Shown piece after piece: positions 51,179-62,006 of a DNA stretch of 64,000 nt (positions are counted from its first letter, which is position 1; each line of letters begins with the position of its first letter). The DNA is from Azolla caroliniana. Lineage: Eukaryota; Plantae; Polypodiophyta. Location of the stretch: positions 10,354,001-10,418,000 of the forward strand of contig JBHGNT010000004.1 in NCBI GenBank assembly GCA_043228905.1, in the 5' to 3' direction. The notes under the pieces are model-generated. The model was not told where the DNA came from and ran no database searches. It saw nothing but the letters and a program-made list of their open reading frames with translations. Position numbers and translations under genes: made by a program.

Positions 51179-52708
51179 TATCGTCTTTGGAGGTCAAATA
51201 TGACCTATGAGACCAAAAATATTACATTTCACGTGATATGTGTGAAGGTGAGTAGCGACTCTCGATGTTCAAGAACTTTACCAATGAATGTTGCAATCGA
51301 GAGTGCGCATCGTGGTTGTGAGAGAAATTCGTGCAAGGATTGGGCTCGATCGAAGAGATGTGGAAAGCATGGTTGAATATGATCAAAGGCAGAGCATTGT
51401 ATCAAAGTGTGATACTAAGACTCTCGAAATTGTTTAGGGCAAAGTGTGCATAGTTGGCCACTCTCATCACTTGTGCCCCAACGCCCCGTCTCACATTTCA
51501 ACATGTGCAAGCTAAGTCGCATGGAAGCAATGGTTCGAATGGCAGATATTGGGATGGGCTCGAACATGTATCGATGTGTACGGCTTCCCCATTCCGCAAA
51601 GAATATGGTTTTGTAGTTAGGTGCAACATTTGTAGTATAATGTGTGAAGCGTGAGCCACCACATTTGTCCCATGTCATGATACATTGGCATTGCAAAAAG
51701 ACCTCATTTACAGAGGAATCTAGTGACGCATCACGAAGCAAGTGTCTTGCATCCCATCTACCAAAACATTTTTCTAAATCTTGCATCCAACCGGAACACA
51801 AAAATTTGCTTTTATGCGTCTTTTGGATCTTTTTGCTTGCTTCCCCTGCAATTCTAGGAAGTTGATGTAAAGGGTTTGTTTGAACCTTAAGCATGTATTC
51901 AACAACCCTTTCCATGGCCATGATCTTAATAGGAAGCGATCTGTCTCAAGGAGGAGGAGGGTGTAGGGCGTTTGTTTCTTAACTTGTAGAAACTTTGTAA
52001 GAAAATGTTTTTAGACATTTTCAAACTCTTTCCACGTAGATTTAGGGATGCTACCGCCCCATACTTCCACCCCATAGAGAAGAACCGGGGTCACCAAAGT
52101 GTCAAAAAGATATTTCCTGAGGACCCAACACTTAATATCTCCAAGATTGCATGTGTTCTCAAATGCATAATATGCTCGCTTACCCGCCTCTAAGCGGCGT
52201 GTAGCACATTCATTCCATTTATAATTTGAAGGAACTTCAAGGCCAAGATATTTGAAGCTTTCCACACATTCAAGTGGCTCATTGTTGTACATAATGCATG
52301 TGTATCTCTTTTTTGACTCTTCACAAGCATAATCTTTGTTTTAAAGCTATTGACACTTAATCTAGTATGCATGCAAAATTTTCCAATAGCTTCATAACCT
52401 TTTGTGCATCTCCTGAAGTATTTGCAAAAAGCACTACATCATCCGCATATAACAAAAGCATAATCACAACATTCCCAATAGCAACTTCTTCAACACATTC
52501 TTCCTTTACAAACTTGGTAAACATTTCTTCTAATTCATCAATGCATAGACCAAATAATGTTGGTGAGAGTGGGCATCCTTGCTTAACACCAATAGTGCTA
52601 TTGAAAAAATATGAAAGTCTATCTCTCATACGCACACAACATATAACCTTCTCATATATTCGGGAAATTGCAAGAATATATTCACTTGGCACCTCAAGTT
52701 CTTCTATC
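51100..52708 (-). mobile_element. Non-LTR retrotransposon (RTE/RTEX-like) 3' portion with a (TATC)n tail
   Basis: GVKQGCPLSPTLF, LLLYADDVVL, FKYLGL and C-terminal H.LKCETGRW...CTLC...E motifs in frameshifted ORFs. (GATA)n at 51100-51178 lies at the 3' end. Confidence 0.82.
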
Positions 52709-53166
52709 TGTCATGAATCCGTGAACATTATGTGGCTTCACTTGGGCTTGAACCCAAAACCTTGTAATACATAATCAAGAACCTAACCATTAAGATAACA
52801 TATGATTATATAGAATAATAAAAGCTACTTCTTGTAATAGACTGATATTGTAAATGTTCTAGAACATCCTAGAACATCCTAGAACATCCTAGAACATTCT
52901 AGAATATCCTAGAACATCTTAGAATATTCTAGGTCTAGAACATTATAGAAATCACTAGGTTATTCTATAGGAACCTATAAATATGGACATACAATTCTTC
53001 TCAAAACCAATTCGAATCAACACTAGTCTTAAGCTCTCATCGCTTATCTTGTATCCATTCTTATTCTACTTTAATACATTCATTCTTCTCTTATCATTTC
53101 ATTCCTCTTCTTCTGATCTCTTTATATCTTTCTTCTATCACTTTACCTTCTCTCTTGGTTCTGACA
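52709..53166 (+). repeat. Complete LTR of the K family, oriented opposite to K
   Basis: TGTCA...TGACA termini; TATA at 52976; CT-rich U5; its first ~310 bp are inversely repeated at 53169-53470. Confidence 0.85.
52856..52950 (+). promoter_or_regulatory. 10-bp tandem array containing heat-shock-element-like nGAAn/nTTCn units (mirrored at ~53240-53325)
   Basis: AGAAC-ATTCT-AGAAT at 52891-52905 is a perfect three-unit HSE within (CTAGAACATY)n, upstream of TATAAA. Confidence 0.6.
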
Positions 53167-54470
53167 GTTTGATTCGAATTGGTTTTGAGAAGAATTGTAT
53201 GTCCATATTTATAGGTTCCTTTAGAATAACCTAGTGATTTCTATAATGTTCTAGAATGTTCTAGACCTAGAATATTCTAAGATGTTCTAGGATATTCTAG
53301 GATGTTCTAGGATGTTCTAGAACATTTACAATATCAGTCTAGTATAAGAAGTAGCTTTTATTATTCCATATAATCATATGTTATCTTAATGGTTAGGTTC
53401 TTGATTATGTATTACAAGGTCTTGCGTTCAAGCCCAAGTGAAGCCACATAATGTTCACGGATTCATGACACTATTCCTCCTCTTAAAACGACGAGTGGAA
53501 GGAGTTGTTAACAATGCAGGGCCAGGTTTGTTGGGATAGTGACGATGGACGTCGTCAATAAGAGCTTGAGCATTACAAACATTATCAACGGGTTCCCATG
53601 TCCGATCGCTCGGAGTATAGCCTAGCCAATCAACTAGATAATACAACTTATTGCGCACAATCTTTGAATCAAGAATAGAGGCTACCTCATACTCTGGGCC
53701 ATCAGCAAGTTGGAGAGGAGGCGGTGGCGGCACAACACGATTGGGAATCGAGCTAGTGTGGTAAGGTTCCAAAAGAGAGTTGTGAAAGACTGGATGAAGC
53801 CGCAAACTTGCAGGAAGATCAAGACGGAATGTTGCATCATTAATCCGCTTCGTGATGACAAAAGGACCTAAGCGTTTATAATCTAGTTTATCACACGGTC
53901 GATTAGTCTTTATGTGACGATGTAACAACCATACCCGATCACCAACCTTGAATGGAGACGGAAGACGATGTCGATCTACATGGGCCATATGTTGGGCTTG
54001 AGCTTTCTGAAGATGTGAAGACAACTCAGACTGAAGATGTTGTAGTCGGTGGAGGTGTTGCTCTGCACTAGGGTTTGGTGAGATCACTGGAATGTCCAAG
54101 AGACACCATCGAGGATGGTTGCCAATATAGGCATAGAAAGGTGTGACCTTGGTAGAAGAGTGGATGGTGTTATTGTATGCAAACTTTGCAAGATGCAATA
54201 TATGACTCCAATCATCTTGTTGATAACTGATGAAACATCGAAGATACTGCTCAAGTGTTTGATTTGTGCGCTCTGTTTGGCCATCAGTTTCGGGATGATA
54301 TGCTGAAGAGAGTTTGCAAGAGATTTAGAGCCCGTTACATAGGTGCTTCCAAAAGTGAGAGATAAATTGCGGTCCACAATCACTAATTATGTCGTTTGGA
54401 AGACCATGATGGCGAAATACTTCACGCATAATGATATCTGCTGTTTCTTGACTACTGATGCTTTTTACGC
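53167..54470 (-). mobile_element. Chromovirus K (Ty3/Gypsy, Tcn1-like): integrase C-terminus, chromodomain, PPT and partial 3' LTR
   Basis: INT motifs AYNNTIHSSTKVTPF and KLDYKRLGPF. Chromodomain EYEVASILDS...YYLVDWLGY...TWEP. PPT AAGAGGAGGAATAG, then an LTR starting TGTCATG at 53470. Confidence 0.88.
53455..54198 (-). CDS. Integrase C-terminus with GPY/F motif and chromodomain (fragment)
   Basis: Same motifs as for K; the upstream part is frameshifted and interrupted by L. Confidence 0.82.
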   Translation of the reverse strand: MHLAKFAYNNTIHSSTKVTPFYAYIGNHPRWCLLDIPVISPNPSAEQHLHRLQHLQSELSSHLQKAQAQHMAHVDRHRLPSPFKVGDRVWLLHRHIKTNRPCDKLDYKRLGPFVITKRINDATFRLDLPASLRLHPVFHNSLLEPYHTSSIPNRVVPPPPPLQLADGPEYEVASILDSKIVRNKLYYLVDWLGYTPSDRTWEPVDNVCNAQALIDDVHRHYPNKPGPALLTTPSTRRFKRRNSVMNP

Positions 54471-55317
54471 TGTCGCGAAAATATGACGAGGATACGTGAA
54501 CGTTGAGGCAAGACCCCGGGGCCTTTGACTAGAGGATAGTTTGCTAATGGAGATGGCTAGAGTTTTTAGCTTCAATTGAAGCTAAAAACCCTAATATTCT
54601 AGCCATCTCCATTAGCAAACTTTTGTAATCCCAGTCTTGGGATCAATTGTAATCTTTCTTTCGACTTGTTAATGAAATTTGTTAAGCTTTCTCATTTCGG
54701 TTAATTCTTAGTACATAAATACACGAATTTGATATCCTCTAGTCAAAGGCCCCGGGGTCTTGCCTCAACGTTCACGTATCCTCGTCATATTTTCGCGACA
54801 TCTTTGGTGAACCCGACGTGAAGCGAGGCAATAGGAGGATATCAAGTACGAAGATGGCTTCGACAAGTGGAACTCAAGGAGAAGAATTGACGAAAGGCAT
54901 GGTGTCCGTCGTCGAATTCATGCTGAAAGAGAGAGATCGGGAGGCTTTAGTCGACAAAGCTGTTGACCGAACTGTGGAGATAGTTGGAAGATTCGGTGGC
55001 AAGAACATCACAAATTTCCTTGCTACCTACCGGAACAAGATGTAACAAAGAGATGTCCATGATCTAAAACAAATTTCAAGCTTTAAGCGTGTGGTAGAAC
55101 CCGGGATCCGTGAATGCGTGATGGAGATCCAAAACGAGCATGCAACTTGGGCGGAGTTCGAAAGGGCTCTTCTCACTGAATACATGCTTGAAGACACATC
55201 ACGGATGACTCGGCATGCGTTAATGAATTGGATCGAGAAGAAAGGGAAGAATCTATGTGTATCAGGAGTTTATGTCGAATTCGACCAGAAGTACAACCGA
55301 CTTCCGAGTGTCGAGCA
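54471..55317 (+). mobile_element. LTR retrotransposon L (probably Ty3/Gypsy): fold-back 5' LTR, tRNA-Trp PBS and gag N-terminus; interrupted by J
   Basis: LTR at 54471-54800 with TG...CA termini, PBS at 54805, and a gag-like frame MASTSG...GRFGGKNITNFL...TWAEFERALLTEY with one stop. Confidence 0.78.
54805..54822 (+). promoter_or_regulatory. Primer-binding site complementary to the tRNA-Trp 3' end
   Basis: TGGTGAACCCGACGTGAA matches the recalled plant cytosolic tRNA-Trp 3' end (...TTCACGTCGGGTTCA-CCA); 4 nt after the LTR CA. Confidence 0.8.
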
Positions 55318-55789
55318 TGTTACCGGCCGGCAAGGAGTCCAAAATACGGAGTGAAGGAATTAATTAAGTATGGTTGTAAATAAGCATAGTATGGACGGAC
55401 GGACTGGAAACGGTATGCCGTTCCAGATCTGGACGGATCCCGAATAGGTGCGATAGGCACCGTTTTGTACTACGGGCCGGAAACCTATTTAAAGGCCCGG
55501 ACCCCATTGTAATCGCAGCGGATAATTAATAGAGCGTATGGTGTTTATACTTCTGTGTTGATTTCCGTTTTGTAATTACTGTTATATCTTACGCGTGTAA
55601 TTAACAAAAGCGCTCTAATCGTGTAACCTACTTAAGTCGGTGTAATCGTTGAGTCATAATCCTATGCCGTAATCACCCTTTGGTGAAGTGTCTCCGTGAC
55701 ACCTTGTGTTAGGCCTTGTCCGGTCAGAGAACAACATAGTTTTGGCGACCACGATTCCTGCTTTCTCGCAGCGAACGACGGCTTAATGG

Positions 55790-58700
55790 ATGACGAGACC
55801 AACGCACGACCTGGTTACAGACCGAGCTCGACGCCTCGCCGAACGGCAAAGACGGCGTCAGACTTTCCAGCAAGCAGCGCACGAAATTCGCTCGGATCGT
55901 TCGTTCTCCAACGAGATCCGGAGAGTCGCGGAGGAATCTCTTCGGTTACAGCAAACTCGCGACCAGGACGACGGAAGCGGTCTAAGTAGTCTCCGGGAAA
56001 CCGAACGCCTCCTCGAGGCGCTGGCAAGCGGAGAAAACGAGGCAGAAGCCTTTTCAGCCTACGAATCGGATTCCGACGGGGGATACAGCGTGCACACGAA
56101 CTACCGGAGCAGCAACGATACCCCCGACGGCCCGGAGGACGACGGGTCGGATACCGTGCCGACTCCAGAACCGGAACCGTTCGACCAGGGCTATCCGGAA
56201 CCGCAAACGGAAGCCGTCAACCCACCAACACCGGAAGTGGAATAAGCAAAGCCACCGACACCAACGAAAGAGCCGGTGAAAGAACCAGAAGAAGAGCCGG
56301 TGAAGGAACCGGAAAAAGCACCGGCAAAAGAACCGGACGTGGAACCGGAGAGAAAACCGGAAAGATATCAACAAACGCCACTAAACCGCGGCCTAATATT
56401 GGACGACGACATGCCGTTCCAATACTCAAAGTATCGCGATGATCCGGACGCGGAAGCGCATGTTCATGCCTTCGAGCAGACATGGGAAGCAAATCACGCG
56501 TCCCAGCGATTGACACCGGAGGAAGAAGAACGCTCGAAGATAGCGGAATTCGGGGTCACGTTGGAAGGACCAGCGGCACGATGGCGGCGGACGCAGGACC
56601 CAACAACCATCACAACCTTTGCAGAATTAAAAGCAAAATTCTTGCATTTTTTCCACAAGGAGGTCGACTAGACGACGATGGTGGGCCTGTTTTATACGAT
56701 CCGACAGGAGGCAGGGGAAAGCATTCCCCAATTCGTCATCCGTTTCCAACGAATACATAGCCAGCTTGCCCGTGCACCCCCGAAGGAGGAATTACGGACG
56801 ATATTTTTAAACGCACTCCGGGAACCGTTACGCACGGTGTGTATGGTGATCGACTTTCGAGGAAGCACCATTGACCAGGTCATTGACCGGGTCAGAGAAA
56901 TGGAAAAGTCAAGCTCATGGCTTACACTGGGAGCACTGCAACAGGCGTTACCCACAGATGAAGATCTCCGGTTCCGGCAGGCAATTCAATGCACAATCTG
57001 CTTGAATGTCGGACACTCGGTAGTGGAGTGCACCATGCGAACCCAGTGTGTGATTTGTCAATCCAAGAGTCATACAACGGACCGGTGCGAGTATAACCTG
57101 CTAAACCGACAAGCACCACCCGTCCGACGGATCGAGCCAAGAAGCAGCCGAGACGAAGATGAAGATCGTTGGCAAAGAATGAACCGGTACCGACCGGCAC
57201 AGGATGTCCGGTACGGAGACAGACAAGAGAATAATGGCCGGTACGGGGATCAGCATGATAACTACGACCGGTATGAGCGATCGGACCGTTATCGGGAGTC
57301 CAACAGACGACACGAGCAATACGACAGAGACCATTCCCCTGGTTACCGAAGGCACCAGGAGGACTACGGCCGATTTTACGATCCACCACGACAGGACTAC
57401 CGAAATAAAAATAGGAATAATAAGAAACGTAATTTCAAGAAAGGTGGTCACCCTAGGGACCCGGAACATGGAACCCCAAGGAGCCAACCGGCACAGAACG
57501 CACCACTCACTACGGGACCGACTCCGGCTACCAGCAATGCTGAATCCAGCAATACCCGTAAAGAGTACTGCTACTACTGCAGGCAGGAAGGCCACTACAG
57601 TAACCAGTGCCCGGCAAAGAGCTACGATAAACGACTAGCAGTTAATATGGTGGTTCCGGAAGTGGCGGATTTACAACAAGTAACCACACGGTCGAAAGGC
57701 ATGGCCAAAGAGTGGGAAACACAAGAGGCCATACGAAAACAGGCGACGGAATGGGTGAAGGAAGCCAATGAAAGGAACGTCGCGGACGCGGAACGGCAAA
57801 CGGCGAATACCATAGGGAGTGCCGGCGGTAGCCACGCAGAAAACGAGACATGGCAAGCACTGCAAGAATGTCAGATCATGTTGCCATTAGGAAGACTCTT
57901 GCAGCTCGTGCCGCGATTTACGGAAGGACTACAAACGGTCATGACAGACGGTATAGCCCCACCGGCACCAGTCCTCTTCTCGAATCCGGAGGAGGGACCG
58001 ACGGTGGTGGACACTAGTAGTCCGGTGATTACAGCTATTGTCAAAGGGCACGAACTTCCCGGCACAGTAATTGATGGAGGTTCCGGGGTGAACGTAATAA
58101 GCCTCCGCACGTGTGATGCCTTGGGTATACATGAATGGGAGCCATGTCCGTTCTGGCTACGGATGGCGGATACGAGCTCTGTACGGCCGACGGGCTTAAT
58201 ACGGAAATTGGAAGTCACCATAGGAGGTCACACATTTCACATCTCGGCTGTAGTGCTGCAGCTACAGGCGCAAGGAGCGTACCCACTGTTGCTGGGCAGA
58301 CCATGGTTGAAAACAACACACATCAAGCAAAATTGGCGGAAAAATATGATTACCTTCCGGCGCGGAAAAGCCAAGGTCCGGGTACCGACACAACCACGGA
58401 CGAGCAACGGTAAGGAATGCACACCGCTGTATGCGGAATGCGTGAACATGCTTGAAGGGTTGGCAGACGACGAAGAAGCCCAGTACTTGGAGGAACACCC
58501 GAAGATCGTACCACTTTTCGAGATTGACGTGGCTGAAGCCGTAGCGCCATACTTGCCGCAGCGGGACGAAACCGAAGCCGAACCAGACAAAGATTCGATT
58601 CGGGAATTACGGCAACCACAGGAAGCGTTGGAACGGGAAATGGCCGTTTCCCAACGGGTAAAAACATCCCAGCTCGACGAAGTGAACCTAGGAAGCAAGG

Positions 58701-61636
58701 ACGAATCAAAGCCGGTACACATCGCCAAAGAAATGAAGCCGGAAGATAAAGCGGCGATGATCAAACTTCTCACGGAGTTTCGCGACGTATTCGCCTGGTC
58801 ATACGAAGACATGCGAGGGCTGGACCCTCAATTATATCAGCATCAGATCCACTTAGGCAAGGACGCGAAACCAGTGGCGCAAAGACGTTACCGAATGAAC
58901 CCCAACTACGCTGCCAAAGTGAAGGAGGAAATCGACAAACTCCTAAGAGTGGGCTTCATCCGGCCGGTAAAGAAAGCGACGTGGTTGAGCCCCATCGTCG
59001 TCGTCCCAAAGAAGAACGGTAAAATCCGCGTGTGTGTAGATTACAGGAAACTAAATGCAGCCACAATTACGGATGCATTCCCTCTTCCGTTCACGGATGG
59101 AGTACTGGATGCCGTCGCCGGCCATGAAGTTTATAGCTTTTTAGACGGGTTCAGCGGATACAATCAAATCCGGATGCACCCTGACGACCAGGAGAAGACA
59201 GCGTTCGTAACCGAATGGGGAGTGTTTGTGGCCGTAGTAATGATGTTCGGACTAAAAACAGCACCAGCAACTTTCCAGCGAATCATCATGGAGATCTTCG
59301 GCGAATACATTCCAGCCTTCATGCAGGTTTTCCTGGATGACTTTGCAGTCTATAGCCGGGAAAAAGACCATTTGCAGCACCTACGGTTATGCCTTGAAAA
59401 GTGTAGGTTATACCGGCTAAGCTTAAACCCAGCAAAATGCATCTTTGGGGTTTCAAGTGGAATATTACTGGGACACATTGTAAGTAAGGAGGGCATTGCG
59501 GTCGACCCGGACAAAGTAAACGCGATACTAGGGGCACCGGCGCCGAAAACGGCCAAAGCACTAAGCCGATTCTTAGGACAGATCCGGTGGCACAGCCGGA
59601 TGCTCCGTCACTTGGCTGACTTGGCTACACCATTACACACCGCGGTACATCGGACACCGTTCCAATGGACGGATACGGAGGATAAGGCATACAATGCCCT
59701 GAAGGTACTTTTGTCGCAAGCACCCGTCGTGCAGCCTCCGGATTGGAGCAAGGAATTTCATGTGTTCGTTGACGCTTCCGACATCGCTATCGGCAGCGCC
59801 TTAATGCAACTTACGGAGCCTAAATGGTACCGGCCGGTATATTACGCCAGTCGGAAGCTGTCCCAAGCGGAGAAGAACTATTCGACGACGGAACGGGAGG
59901 CCCTGGGCATGATCTACAGTGTAACAAAGTTTCGTCATTACCTATTGGGAAGGAAGTTCTCCTTTCATGTGGATCACTCGGCGCTCCTGTACTTAGTGTC
60001 CAAGGCGTCCCTGACCGGTAAGTTGGCCCGTTGGACCTTGCTGTTGCAGGAGTTCGAATTCGAGATCTTCCACCGGCCCGGTATCCAGCATGCCGTAGCA
60101 GACTACCTGAGCTGGTTAGAGTCCGGAGAATCAGGCGTCGGAGTATCGGATGAATTCCCGGACGCAGAGTTATTCCGTATCACCCCGGAAACGGCAGCGG
60201 ACGACACGGTGGCATCAGAAGATAGGTGGCTGACAAACATGCACCAGTTCCTAAGCACGGGCCTGCCACCGGAGGAAATGAACCGGGACGAGAGGAAACG
60301 ACTGGCGGTACAGAGCCGCAATTTCTGTCTGTTACAGGACACTCTCTACCACAAGGGAGCAGATGGAATATGGAGACGGGCAGTCCGTAGTGACGAGAAA
60401 CAAGTAATCTTACGGGAAGCACACTGTGGGGTTGCCGGAGGACACTATGCCGGGGAAGCGACGGCAAGGAAAGTATGGCAGAGCGGCTTATGGTGGTCCA
60501 CGACGTTAAAAGACGCCGTCAAGTATGCTAAGGAATGTGACCTATGCCAACGAATGGGCCAGCCTACGGAGCAAGCACGGATGCCACACCAACCGGTACT
60601 TCCACTAGAGCCATTCCAGAAGTGGGGGTTGGATTTTGTCGGACCGTTCAAGCCACCGGCAATGAGAACGGGTAATCGTTATGTCATCGTGGCAACAGAT
60701 TATTGCACTAAATGGGTGGAGGCTAAGGCCTTGAGAGACAACACCGCGTCATCCACAGCAAAATTCCTGTACGAGAACATTTGGTGCCGATATGGATGTC
60801 TGATTGAATTAATCAGCGACCAAGGAGGGCACTTCCTCGGCCAGGTAGTTGAAAGCTTAACAACGTTCTATGCCGTGGTCCATAAACGGAGCACACCGTA
60901 CTACCCACAAGCAAACGGGTTAGCAGAGTCAACCAACAAAACGCTCCAGAACATTCTCCGCAAAATCGTCAATGAAAACCGGACGGACTGGGATACAAAG
61001 CTCCATAGCGCGCTATGGGCGTACCGAACGGCATACAAAACAAGTATCCGGACAACGCCGTTCCGGTTAGCGTTCGGCTTAGAGGCGGTCATGCCGGTGG
61101 AATTTCAGGTACCAAGCTTACGGATCCAACTACGGGAACGGCTGAATGAAAAGGAGTCGGAGGAAATGCGGCTAGCAGCACTATGCGAACTGGAGGAGCA
61201 ACGGCTTGCCAGCATCCTACACATGGAACTGGAGCAACGACGACGGAAAGCGTTCGTTGACCGTCACCGGAAAGGTAATGAGAAGATGTTCGAAATCGGA
61301 AAGCCGGTGCTAGTATTCCAAACGAGGATGGGCAAGATGCCGGGTAAACTCCGGTTTAGATGGACAGGCCCGTATTGGCTGACACGGGAATACAACGGGT
61401 CCTATCAGTTAGGGACACTTGCCGGTGAAGTGCTAGGCAAGTGGGTCAACGGATTTAGACTAAAGCCCTATAAAGGACCGATGCCAAGTAACCCGTTTAT
61501 GCAGCCCACCGGCACTATACCGGGAACGGTACGGATGGAAGAAAAAGACGACGGGGAACCCGTAGCAGAGGCGAAGGAAGACACGGCAACCCGTAAGGAA
61601 AACGGTAAGGGTCCGAAGGGACCTACGGATGTGTAA
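55790..61636 (+). CDS. Gypsy J single-frame gag-pol with two premature stops in gag (56243-56245, 56669-56671); pol open
   Basis: ORFs at 55790, 56276 and 56678 share a frame. IDGGS, CVDYRKLN, FLDD, VDAS/TTEREAL and INT H..H..CDLC/WGLDF/SDQG/NGLAE/GPY motifs. Confidence 0.92.
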
Positions 61637-62006
61637 GATCACATACCGTCATTAAAAAAAAAAAAAAAAAAAAGAGAAATCATTAAAAATCGAGGTATGA
61701 ACGAACGTGAAAGCAAGGAGCGAAAAGGTACGTAGTGGGCATTTAAGAGCCGCCACGTTACTTAATACTAAATTGGTACACGACGTGCGCATGCTCGGAA
61801 AAGGCGCCAAGACGCACAGAGAAAAAGCAGAACGCATGGAGACCTTTTCATTTCGCGAGCCAAGAAGCACAGAAGCACCAAGGCGGTGGAAGCTTAGCAA
61901 ACGCGAACTTGCACTCAGAGAACCCCCACGTTCGGAACTCTCTCTCTCTCGCTCTCACTCTCATCACCACTCTACCTCGCCATCTTTCCTCGACCTCGAA
62001 GCAGAC

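Noticed and set aside
54471-54800. Stand-alone MITE
   Set aside because: No TSD (TACGC vs TCTTT), while TG...CA ends and an immediately adjacent PBS plus gag indicate an LTR.
61654-61673. A20 as the tail of a retroposed insert
   Set aside because: No TSD or upstream foreign sequence; it directly follows the pol stop within J.
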